Positions 1-8,167 of a DNA stretch of 15,368 nucleotides are shown here, one piece after another. The notes beneath the pieces are model-generated. The model had not been told where the DNA came from and did not search any database. It worked only from the letters and a program-made list of their open reading frames with translations. The stretch comes from a virus. The first letter of the stretch is position 1; each line of letters begins with the position of its first letter. The translations under genes and the position numbers were made by a program. The DNA lies in the IMG/VR virus record IMGVR_UViG_3300028591_001129, positions 1 to 15,368 of that record; one strand, written 5' to 3'.

Positions 1-4
1 GTAT

Positions 5-10
5 TATAAT
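5..10 (+). promoter_or_regulatory. Possible -10 element (TATAAT) for the rightward operon
   Basis: Exact TATAAT at 5-10, about 180 nt upstream of the SSB ATG. Any -35 box would lie outside the window. Confidence 0.3.
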
Positions 11-60
11 TATGCAAGAGTTAATAATCTTGATTAAGGTGTAAGAGGATGGGAAATAAT

Positions 61-174
61 GAAGTACGTTTAGGACTAAAAATCAAAAGGTATTGACCGA
101 CCTAACCGTTGGAAGTACGGCTGAAACTGGTCAAAAAATATATACATAAATTGCGGGTTGCTACCTAATAGCAA
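61..174 (+). ncRNA. Structured leader region or small RNA upstream of ssb
   Basis: Nested inverted repeats: TTGACC (93-98)/GGTCAA (129-134), CCGT (106-109)/ACGG (117-120), TTGCT (158-162)/AGCAA (170-174), and an alternative pairing of TTAGG (70-74) with CCTAA (101-105). The octamer GAAGTACG is repeated at 61-68 and 112-119. Confidence 0.35.
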
Positions 175-190
175 GAAAGAGAGATTTATT

Positions 191-529
191 ATGAATAAAA
201 TTGAAATTATGGGAAGATTAACAAGAGATGTTGAAATAAGAGAATCAAAAAATAAAAAAATATCAGTATATACTTTTACATTAGCTGTACCTAGAAAAAA
301 CGATAAAGAAAAGACTGATTTTATTAATTGTGTTGCTTTTTCAAATTTAGGTGAAATTATAAAAAAATACACAACAAAAGGAAAAAGAATTATAGTATGC
401 GGAAGTTTAAATATTGATAATTATGAAGATAAAGATGGAAATACAAAACAATATGTAAGTGTAATAGTTGATGATTTTTATTTTGCAGATGTAACAGTAA
501 CTGGGGAACAACAAAAACTACCTATGTAA
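191..529 (+). CDS. ssb: Single-stranded DNA-binding protein (OB-fold, bacterial SSB-like)
   Basis: MNKIEIMGRLTRDVEIRESKNKKISVYTFTLAVPRKN...DFINCVAFSNLGEIIKKYTTKGKRIIVCGSL is a typical SSB pattern. ATG at 191 is preceded by the purine-rich AAAGAGAG, so it is preferred over the TTG start at 158. Confidence 0.9.
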   Translation: MNKIEIMGRLTRDVEIRESKNKKISVYTFTLAVPRKNDKEKTDFINCVAFSNLGEIIKKYTTKGKRIIVCGSLNIDNYEDKDGNTKQYVSVIVDDFYFADVTVTGEQQKLPM

Positions 530-543
530 ATGGGGGATAAAAT

Positions 544-1077
544 ATGGATGAAAACAAATTATTTAATGAACTAAAGAAATTATCTAAAAGAGCAAATCAA
601 AGAATTTTAAGACTTGAAAGATTAACAGGAATAAAAGAGAGTTTTGCAACAAAACAATTATCGGATTATTTATCATCAGAGCAAATAAAAGGATGGACTA
701 AAACAGGTAGAGTTAGAGTAAGTAAACAAATGACAGAAACACAAATGATAGCAACAATAAAAGCAACAAAACAATTTTTAAATAATAGTTTATCAAGAGT
801 AACGGAAGTAAAAAAGAAAACAAAAGAATATACAATTAAAGCTGAAAAACCTATATCATTTGCACAAGCAAACACATTATTTCAAACTGGAAAAAATTAT
901 ACTTGGATATATGAGTTTATGGGTGAGTCTGAATTTTGGTCATTTAGAGATGAGGTAAGAGAGCAGGGCTGGGATAAAGATACATTTATAGAAAAAATAC
1001 AAGGTCACATAGAAAAAGAAGTAGATGAAGATTTAAAAAAAGATTTAGAAGCTTTATATTTATATGTTATGGAGTAA
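544..1077 (+). CDS. Candidate terminal protein (protein primer) or replication-associated protein
   Basis: 177-aa charged protein directly upstream of the protein-primed-type DNA polymerase. The assignment rests mainly on position and size in phi29-like phages. Confidence 0.45.
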   Translation: MDENKLFNELKKLSKRANQRILRLERLTGIKESFATKQLSDYLSSEQIKGWTKTGRVRVSKQMTETQMIATIKATKQFLNNSLSRVTEVKKKTKEYTIKAEKPISFAQANTLFQTGKNYTWIYEFMGESEFWSFRDEVREQGWDKDTFIEKIQGHIEKEVDEDLKKDLEALYLYVME

Positions 1078-1079
1078 TT

Positions 1080-3145
1080 ATGGTTTATTGGAATGAATAT
1101 ACAGGACATAAAGTAGATATCAAAGGTAAAAGAAACAAATATGACAATACAATTTATACTTTTGATATTGAAACTAGTTCTTATTTAATTTTAAATGGTA
1201 AGCAAATAAACTCACAAGATTATTTAAATTTATCTAAAAAAGAACAACAGGAATGTAGCTTTATGTCTAATATGTATATTTGGATGTTTCGGAATAAATG
1301 ATAAAGTATATTATGGTAGAACATGGAACGAACTGAAATCTTTTTTGTTAAGAATTGAATATTGGGCAACTGATTATAAAAAATTTGTATTTGTTCATAA
1401 TTTAAGTTATGAATTTCAATTTTTAAGAAATGCTTTTAATTTTAAATCAGTTTTTTCAAGAAAATCAAGAAAATTAATAAGATGTGAACTTGAAGATTAT
1501 AATATAGAATTTAGATGTAGTTATATGATGAGCAATGCAAAATTAGAAAAACTACCTGACATTTATAATTTACCTGTTAAAAAATTAGTAGGAAATTTAG
1601 ATTATACAAAAATTAGACATTCTAAAACTAAATTATTAAAAGATGAGCTTGATTATTGTGAAAATGATTGTTTAGTAGTTTATGAGTATATTAAAAAAGA
1701 GCTTGAAACATATGAAACAATAAAAAATTTACCTTTAACATCAACAGGTCACGTAAGAAAAGAGCTAAAAGAATTAATTGATAAAGACTGGAATTACAAA
1801 AACAAAGTTAGAAAATCGATTAATATATCTGGTCATGTTTACAATTTATTAATAGAAGCTTTTGCTGGTCGGTTATACTCACGCAAATTGGACTAAAGCA
1901 GATGAAATTATAAAAGATGTTACGAGTTATGATTTTACATCAAGTTATCCATATGTAATGACTACTTGCAAATTTCCAGCAACAAAATTTAGAAAATGCT
2001 ACATAAGAAATGTATCTCAATTTTTAGATTGTTTTGCATATCTTATTGTTGTAAGATTTAAGAATATAAAATCAAAGTATTTTAATAATTTTATTTCACA
2101 GAGTAAATGTAGGCATATTTCAAAAGGTAGATATGACAATGGCAGAGTTATTGAAGCAGAGGAACTTGAAATTGTATTAACTGATGTAGATTTTAAATTT
2201 TTAGTTTCAGTTTATGATTATGATGAACTTGAAATTTTAGAAAGTTATTTTTCTAAATATGATTATTTACCGAAACAATTTATTGAATTTATTTTAAAAA
2301 AGTATATAAATAAAACTGAATTTAAGAATGTAAAAGGTAAAGAGGTTGAATATATGCTAGAAAAAAATAAATTTAATAGCCTTTATGGTATGAGTGTAAC
2401 AAACAATATAAAAGATACTGTTATTTATGACAATGAAACAGGCTGGAGAGAGGAAAAACTTTCTAATGAAGAAATAATTAATTTATTAGAAAAAGAGGAA
2501 AAACAAGCCTTTTTAAGTTTTGCTTATGGTGTGTGGGTTACTGCATGGGCTAGGAATAATCTTTTAAAATGTTTAGTTCAATTAGATGATAAAGTTATTT
2601 ATGCAGATACAGATTCTTTAAAGTTGCAAAAAGGATTTAATATTGATGTGATTAATAATTATAATAAAGAGGTTATTGAAAAAATAAAAAAAGTATCTAC
2701 TGAATTAGATATTGACATTACTAAATTTAGCCCAAAAGATAAAAAAGGAAATCCGCATTGTTTAGGATTATTTGATAAAGACGGAGAGTATTCTGAATTT
2801 GTTACACAAGGAGCTAAAAAATACGCATATATTGATAAAAAAGATAATGAAATTCACATTACAGTTTCAGGTGTTCCAAAAAGCGGTGCTAAAGGTCTGA
2901 AATCATTAAAAGATTTTAAAGATGATTTTGTATTTGAACATAAATACACAAATAAGAATTTATTAATTTATAATGATGAAATGCCTGAATTTAGTTTAAC
3001 TGATTATAAAGGAAAAAAATTTAAAGTATTAGATAAATATGGTTGTTGTTTAGTTCCAACAACATATGAACTTGGAAAAGCAGAAGAATATGTTGATTTA
3101 ATTTCAAATGATTCTTCTGAAAGAGCAATTTATAGGGAGGTATAA
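1080..3145 (+). CDS. Family B DNA polymerase (protein-primed type), spread over three frames and restored by two +1 shifts
   Basis: Frame A, 1080-1289, holds ExoI (YTFDIETSSY). Frame B, 1291-1869, holds ExoII (FVHNLSYEFQFL) and ExoIII (LDYCENDCLVV). Frame C, 1871-3145, holds PolA (YDFTSSYPYV), PolB (KYN/NKFNSLYGMSVTN-like) and PolC (YADTDSL). Omitting C1290 and C1870 yields one continuous product of about 687 aa. The downstream pieces have only TTG pseudo-starts and no clear RBS. Confidence 0.92.
1287..1293 (+). promoter_or_regulatory. Putative +1 frameshift site 1 (TTT CGG A)
   Basis: Zero frame reads ATG TTT CGG AAT AAA TGA (MFRNK*). Skipping C1290 reads ATG TTT GGA ATA AAT GAT AAA (MFGINDK) and continues YYGRTWNEL. 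Confidence 0.55.
1867..1873 (+). promoter_or_regulatory. Putative +1 frameshift site 2 (GGT CGG T)
   Basis: Zero frame reads GCT GGT CGG TTA TAC...TAA (AGRLYSRKLD*). Skipping C1870 reads GCT GGT GGT TAT ACT CAC (AGGYTH) and continues to PolA. Confidence 0.55.
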
Positions 3146-3147
3146 AA

Positions 3148-3354
3148 TTGACAAATTTAGAATTTATAGATTTATATAAAAATATGAAAACAATAAAAGA
3201 TTTTTGTGATATAATAGGTGTAAATTATTCAAATTTAGTTCATGGAAAAAGCACAAAAGAAAATGAAGCAAAAATTGCTACACTATGTAAATTTGAAATA
3301 ATTAGACTTAATAGTGAGGTGATGAAAGACAATGTCAAAACAGATTCATTATAA
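3148..3354 (+). CDS. Small HTH-like protein, possible regulator
   Basis: 68 aa, 'TIKDFCDIIGVNYSNLVHGKSTKENEAKIATLCKF' resembles a helix-turn-helix. Tightly coupled, overlapping the next gene. Confidence 0.5.
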   Translation: MTNLEFIDLYKNMKTIKDFCDIIGVNYSNLVHGKSTKENEAKIATLCKFEIIRLNSEVMKDNVKTDSL

Positions 3355-4414
3355 TATGGATAATATCGACGCAATAGGTGCAAGATTTAATCTTATTTAT
3401 GGTGAAAGGTCTAATGGTAAAAGTTATCAATTAAAACATAAAAAAGCAGTTGAAAAATATTTAAAAACAGGCAGACGTTTTATATTAATGCGTAGATGGA
3501 AAGAAGAAATTTCAACAGAAAAAATTGAACAATATTTTCAAGATGTAGATGTTCAAAAATTGACAAATGGAAAATATAATTGTATAACAGTATATAGAAA
3601 AATATTATATTTATCTAATTATGAAGTTGAATCAGGAAAAACAAAAAGATATGAAAAAATAGGTTATGTAGTAGCACTTTCAACAGAGCAGAATTATGCA
3701 GGTGCAAGTTACCTAGATGTTGATGATATTATTTTTGAGGAGTTTATGTCACGTTCAGTATATATTCCTAATGAAAGTAATAAGTTAATGAACTTTTATG
3801 CAACAGTAGATAGAAAAAGATTAACAACTAGACTATGGCTTGTAGGTAATACTATATCAAGAGTATGTCCATATATACATGACTGGGGCTTACATAATTT
3901 AATTAGTTCACAAAAACAGGGAACTATAAAAACAATTGAAATAAAAGACATAGATGATAAACCTATTAAAATAGCTGTTGAATATTGTAAATCAACAGGA
4001 CAAAGTTCAGGAACAATTGGAAGCAATGCTAAAATGATTAATACTGGTGAATGGGAAACAGCACCCCAGCCCCATTTACCAAAAAGCTACAAAGAGTATA
4101 AAGTATTATTTAGAATTGGTTTTCAATATCAAGGTTTCAAATTTTTATGTGAGTATTTACTAGATAAAGAAGAAAAGAAAAATCCTATTTGGTTTATTTA
4201 TCCATATTTTAAAGAATTTGATGATAAAACTATTGTTTTTTCTGATATAATAAAAGTAACTAATTATTGGCAAAGAGATATCTATAATATATCTATAAAA
4301 AATGATAAAATAAGAAATCTATTAATGACATTTAAAGAAAATAAAATATTTTATTCAACAGATTTATGCGGAACAGACTTTAAACAAGTAATAGATTTTC
4401 AGATAAGGAGATAA
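3332..4414 (+). CDS. DNA encapsidation (packaging) ATPase, phi29 gp16-like
   Basis: Walker A-like FNLIYGERSNGKSYQLKHKK, acidic Walker B-like YLDVDDIIFEEFMSRSVYIPNE, 360 aa, in the block next to the polymerase. Confidence 0.9.
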   Translation: MSKQIHYNMDNIDAIGARFNLIYGERSNGKSYQLKHKKAVEKYLKTGRRFILMRRWKEEISTEKIEQYFQDVDVQKLTNGKYNCITVYRKILYLSNYEVESGKTKRYEKIGYVVALSTEQNYAGASYLDVDDIIFEEFMSRSVYIPNESNKLMNFYATVDRKRLTTRLWLVGNTISRVCPYIHDWGLHNLISSQKQGTIKTIEIKDIDDKPIKIAVEYCKSTGQSSGTIGSNAKMINTGEWETAPQPHLPKSYKEYKVLFRIGFQYQGFKFLCEYLLDKEEKKNPIWFIYPYFKEFDDKTIVFSDIIKVTNYWQRDIYNISIKNDKIRNLLMTFKENKIFYSTDLCGTDFKQVIDFQIRR

Positions 4415-4417
4415 AAC

Positions 4418-6043
4418 ATGAATAGTCAAATAATACTTGCAAAAGGAATTAATATTGATAAACAATATACAAATGTATTAAGTTATAGTGAATCAGATAT
4501 ACTTAATCTTTGCAGAGAAAATCAAGTTGCTAATGCAAATGATTATTCTTTTTTAAGACCAACAGGCACAATACTTGTTGATTTTCCGTACAATGTATGC
4601 TTACAAGCAAATTACATAGCTTTTCAAAATCCTGATTATAGTAATAAATGGTTTTTTGCATGGATAGATGATGTAGTTTATAAAGGTGACAGAAACTGTG
4701 AATTGAGATTTACAATTGACGCATGGTCAACTTGGTATGATAAATGGACTACAAAAATGTGCTATGTAATAAGAGAGCATACAAATGATGATACAATAGG
4801 TAGTAATCTTGTACCAGAAAATATAGATGTTGGAGATGTAATAGAAGAATATGAAACAGAGGATTCAAGCTATAGTAATAGTAAATATTGGATAGCAGTT
4901 GCTAGTGACTGGAAAATTAAAAATGGTTCAAGTGATAGTGATTCTGACAAAGGTTCACAATTTTCTGGAATTACAGTACATAATAATACAGTCTTTGGAA
5001 ATCAATTGTTTTTAATTAAAGTTGTACAATATACAGACATTGCAAATTTAGCATTATTAATATTAAGAACAAACACAGACGCACATATTGCAGATATTAA
5101 AAATATTTTTATTATTCCTGATGTAGCTATTAATGAATCATTATTAACATCTAATACAGCTAGTGTAGGTGGTCAAAGTTTTACTTTTTATACAATGCCA
5201 AATACTAGAACACCAGCTACATTTAATACTACAATAATGAAAAGAACTTCATTTACTGGGTTAACTGTTAAAAATAATAAATGTTTCTGTTATCCTTATA
5301 ATTATTTACTTGTTACTAATAATCAAGGTAGCAATAATATATATAAATATGAGGATTTTAGTACAGCTAATTGTATATTTGAAAATCAATTTGCTATTTC
5401 TATTGGTGGTAGTGGTAGGTTAGTACCAAAGAATTATAAAGGTATGAGTATAAATGATGATGAAGCATTACCACTTGGAAAATATCCAACTTGTGGTTGG
5501 TCAAGTGACGCATATATAAATTGGCTAACACAAAATAGTGTAAATATGCCAATGCAAATATTTAATGGTGTATTATCAGCAGTTACACCACCAACTGAAA
5601 CTAAATCATCAACAGTTGGTTCAATGACAGCTGACAAAACAGTTAGCATTGCAAATTCAGTAGCTGGTATAATTGGCCAATTTAGGACTGCTTCGCTTTT
5701 ACCTAATATATCAGGTGGTCAAGCTACTGGAGATATTATATGGTCTAAAGATAGAAATTGTTTTACATTTAGAGAAATGAGAGCTAAAAACGAATTTATG
5801 AAGATTATCGATGACTACTTTACACGTTTTGGTTATGCTACAAAGAGATTAAAAACACCTAATATTACAGGTAGAAGATATTGGAATTACGTAGAAATAA
5901 GTTCAAGTGATGAAATAGGAACAGGTGATGTACCTATAAAATATATGGATATAATAAATAATGCTTGTAGGCGTGGTGTAACTATATGGCATGACCATAA
6001 GCATTTAGGTGATTATTCGTTAAGTAATACAATTGTTTCCTAG
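4418..6043 (+). CDS. Major tail / tail tube-knob protein, phi29 gp9-like
   Basis: 541 aa, start 'ILAKGINIDKQYTNVLSYSESDILNLCRENQVANANDYSFLRPTGTILVDFPYN' and 'FRLTIDAWSTWYDKWT'-like block are typical of gp9-family tail proteins. Confidence 0.85.
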   Translation: MNSQIILAKGINIDKQYTNVLSYSESDILNLCRENQVANANDYSFLRPTGTILVDFPYNVCLQANYIAFQNPDYSNKWFFAWIDDVVYKGDRNCELRFTIDAWSTWYDKWTTKMCYVIREHTNDDTIGSNLVPENIDVGDVIEEYETEDSSYSNSKYWIAVASDWKIKNGSSDSDSDKGSQFSGITVHNNTVFGNQLFLIKVVQYTDIANLALLILRTNTDAHIADIKNIFIIPDVAINESLLTSNTASVGGQSFTFYTMPNTRTPATFNTTIMKRTSFTGLTVKNNKCFCYPYNYLLVTNNQGSNNIYKYEDFSTANCIFENQFAISIGGSGRLVPKNYKGMSINDDEALPLGKYPTCGWSSDAYINWLTQNSVNMPMQIFNGVLSAVTPPTETKSSTVGSMTADKTVSIANSVAGIIGQFRTASLLPNISGGQATGDIIWSKDRNCFTFREMRAKNEFMKIIDDYFTRFGYATKRLKTPNITGRRYWNYVEISSSDEIGTGDVPIKYMDIINNACRRGVTIWHDHKHLGDYSLSNTIVS

Positions 6044-6050
6044 GAAACAA
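6033..6050. repeat. Perfect 18-bp palindrome TTGTTTCCTAGGAAACAA over the stop codon of the tail gene
   Basis: TTGTTTCCT is the exact reverse complement of AGGAAACAA. The palindrome includes the TAG stop at 6041-6043. Confidence 0.9.
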
Positions 6051-6056
6051 AAAAAT

Positions 6057-6082
6057 AAAGAGGCTAATAAGCCTCTTTTTAT
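6057..6082. terminator. Bidirectional Rho-independent terminator between the convergent operons
   Basis: Stem AAAGAGGC (6057-6064), loop TAATAA, stem GCCTCTTT (6071-6078). T-rich on the + strand after the stem and U-rich on the minus transcript because of AAAAAAATAAAG upstream. Confidence 0.9.
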
Positions 6083-6801
6083 TGTATATCTCCAAAGTCT
6101 GAAACAAAAATTACAAATGGTAATGCAATCATTTGTATTGGGTAACCACCAACACCGCCAGCTTTAAATATAACTTCACCTGTTGTCTTAACTTCTACTG
6201 TAAATATTCCCAAAATTTGGTTATTATCTGTTTTTCTAATAACACCCATAGGATTTATAGTGAAATCACTTGATGGTCTTAATTTAGTCATAATTGATAC
6301 ACTAACAGGTTCTGTTGGTGAAGCTGTACCTATTAAAGAACCATATATTTTGCCTAAAGAACCATCTGAATTAGTAGCTACTGTTATTCTTGCATTACTT
6401 CCTGTTCCTGTAATCGTAAATGAATTATTATTTATTGTCATATCATTTGGCAAAAATTCTTCTATATCATTTAAAGTCAAAAATGATTTAATTCCTGTAA
6501 TTTCAGTTTCATTTGCATTTGCTTTATTAAGTGCTGATGTTGCAGTATTTCCTGCATTAGTTGCATTTGCTTGTGCAGTTTCTGCTGTTGTTTGTGCAGT
6601 ACCTGCATTTGTAATTGCAGTATTTGCAGTTTCACTTGCAGTATTTGCAGTAGATGTTGCAGATGCAATACCATTTGCATTTACCTTCATTTGTGCATCA
6701 ATTTTTAACATATCAGAGTTATAATCTCCTAAATAGGTTGGTTTATCTGTTCCAACATATTGTGATAATTCATAATTTGTAGTTTTATTTGTACTTGACA
6801 T
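6079..6801 (-). CDS. Tail fibre-like protein with Ala/Thr/Asn-rich coiled-coil repeats
   Basis: 240 aa. N-terminus 'NYELSQYVGTDKPTYLGDYNSDMLKIDAQM' resembles phage fibre/neck N-termini, followed by the repetitive helical segment ATANTASETANTAITNAGTAQTTAETAQANATNAG. Confidence 0.65.
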   Translation of the reverse strand: MSSTNKTTNYELSQYVGTDKPTYLGDYNSDMLKIDAQMKVNANGIASATSTANTASETANTAITNAGTAQTTAETAQANATNAGNTATSALNKANANETEITGIKSFLTLNDIEEFLPNDMTINNNSFTITGTGSNARITVATNSDGSLGKIYGSLIGTASPTEPVSVSIMTKLRPSSDFTINPMGVIRKTDNNQILGIFTVEVKTTGEVIFKAGGVGGYPIQMIALPFVIFVSDFGDIQ

Positions 6802-6821
6802 TTTTTAAATCTCCCTTCTAA

Positions 6822-7412
6822 TTATATATTCATTAATTCTTTTCCGTTTACATCAAAGTTGTATGCAGTTATTTCAATTGCATCAAAAGCAGTAGCTGTT
6901 AACTCTAGTGCATCAAATTCTGTACATGTAATTGCATTTTGTCTTAATATTTCGTAAACATCCATGATAACTTTTGAAACATTTTCTATTTCTCCATTAG
7001 TTGGATTGTATGCTTTTACATCTCCTAGTTCTACTCGTTCAATTTCTGATTCTAAATCTGAACGCAATGTAGCAAGATTATTATTAAATACTGTTTGATA
7101 ATCAGCTAATAATTGAACAATTTGATTATAATTTTGTTGTAATCTATTTTCTACATTTTGATTAATTTCATTTTCAAAATTAGCAAGTGTTGCGTTAATA
7201 TCAATTTTTAATTGATTAAATTGATTTTCTAAATCTTTAACAATATCATCAAAATTTTGATAATTTTCAGATAATTCTTTTATTTGCTTTTCAAAGTATT
7301 CAAATATCTTACATAACATTTCATAGTCTGTCATTGTGTCAAAGTCTTTTTCTATAAAAGGAAAATTATTTAATACAAAAAGTCTAAAATTATTAAATCC
7401 ATTGTAAAACAT
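6822..7412 (-). CDS. Structural/neck-region protein with long coiled coil
   Basis: ATG at 7412 (MFYNGFNNFRLFVLNNFPFIEKDFDTMTDYEML...) preceded by GAAAGGAGAAATAAA. Long helical coiled coil; lies in the structural cluster. Confidence 0.6.
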   Translation of the reverse strand: MFYNGFNNFRLFVLNNFPFIEKDFDTMTDYEMLCKIFEYFEKQIKELSENYQNFDDIVKDLENQFNQLKIDINATLANFENEINQNVENRLQQNYNQIVQLLADYQTVFNNNLATLRSDLESEIERVELGDVKAYNPTNGEIENVSKVIMDVYEILRQNAITCTEFDALELTATAFDAIEITAYNFDVNGKELMNI

Positions 7413-7426
7413 TTTATTTCTCCTTT

Positions 7427-8167
7427 CTATAACAATTGAAAGAATAAGCAATCTAAATCTTTAAATATAAGTGAATAAATACTTTTTAAATTATCTTGAA
7501 ATTCTTTGTAGATTGCTATTTTATCGGCTGGACTTCTTTTAATTGTTTTTTCATATATATTTGTATCTTTACTGTTTGATGTTCCGTTTGAAGTTGAGCT
7601 ATCAGTTCCAGTTGAATTATTTGTGTCGTAATTATAATCTGTTACATAGCTACCATTTCTTAATTCGTCCAATCTATTCTGTGGTAGTTCTGAATTACGT
7701 CTATCAGATATAGTGCTATTTTCTGTTGTAGAATTATTTTGAAGTAAATTAGTAGTGTCAATATTTCTGTTGTCTGTTCCAGATTCCTCTGTTGTTTCTC
7801 CATCTTTGAAAATATCCCAGTTTTCTAAAGAATCGAACATTTTATTATATAAAGGCATTATTTCATTCAATTTAACATTTAATTGTATTTTAAATGCTGT
7901 TAATGTTTCAAAGCCTATTCTACGCATAATAAATTTATTTAGTATCATACATTCAAAATCTTCTCTTGAAACTTTATCTGATAGAGGATAATTAAAATCA
8001 AAAATTTCTGTTCTACCTACTTTAGCTAAATCACTAATTTTTGTTTTATTATCTTTTCCATAATTTACTATACTTTCTAAAATACTATATAGTGTAGGCA
8101 TATTATAATTATTAGTAGGAAGTATAGGCGGATAAAACATACTAATTAAATAATCATTGTAAATCAT
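7427..8167 (-). CDS. Lower collar protein, phi29 gp11-like
   Basis: MIYNDYLISMFYPPILPTNNYNMPTLYSILESIVNYGKDNKTKI..., 246-254 aa, immediately downstream of the connector gene. Confidence 0.7.
   Translation of the reverse strand: MIYNDYLISMFYPPILPTNNYNMPTLYSILESIVNYGKDNKTKISDLAKVGRTEIFDFNYPLSDKVSREDFECMILNKFIMRRIGFETLTAFKIQLNVKLNEIMPLYNKMFDSLENWDIFKDGETTEESGTDNRNIDTTNLLQNNSTTENSTISDRRNSELPQNRLDELRNGSYVTDYNYDTNNSTGTDSSTSNGTSNSKDTNIYEKTIKRSPADKIAIYKEFQDNLKSIYSLIFKDLDCLFFQLL

Noticed and set aside
158-190. Extended N-terminus of SSB from the TTG at 158
   Set aside because: MLPNSKKERFI overlaps the TTGCT/AGCAA hairpin, and the SSB fold starts at MNKIEIMGRL with ATG 191 behind an RBS.
76-875. Minus-strand ORFs 76-372 and 666-875
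   Set aside because: Antisense to ssb and the candidate terminal protein, hydrophobic low-complexity translation typical of AT-rich antisense frames.
1290-1872. CGG reassigned to an amino acid such as Trp or Gln, as reported for some Firmicutes
   Set aside because: Reassignment would still leave translation in the wrong frame and ending at TGA 1299-1301 and TAA 1894-1896. The protein is only continuous when one base is skipped. An unassigned CGG fits better.
1287-1873. Intron, intein or transposon insertion in the polymerase gene
   Set aside because: No extra sequence separates the motifs. Only one additional base is present at each junction.
1287-1873. Basecalling artefact tied to modified TCGG motifs
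   Set aside because: Not fully excluded, but other cgg/ccg sites, including tatcggat at about 660, lie in genes without any frame break. Needs reads.
1294-1896. Stop codon reassignment explaining the broken polymerase
   Set aside because: Conserved motifs change frame, not just run into stops. TGA also acts as a normal stop in overlapping ATGA junctions (12024-12027).
1345-3145. Independent genes starting at 1345 and 1862
   Set aside because: Both starts are TTG inside the conserved coding region, without a convincing RBS, and the pieces are partial polymerase domains.
3796-5649. Minus-strand ORFs 3796-4026 and 5434-5649
   Set aside because: Fully inside well-supported + strand genes, no RBS or recognisable domain.
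6260-6724. ORF of 154 aa on the + strand and 67 aa on the - strand (6477-6680)
   Set aside because: Shadow frames of the repetitive coiled-coil part of the fibre gene. Composition follows the repeat.
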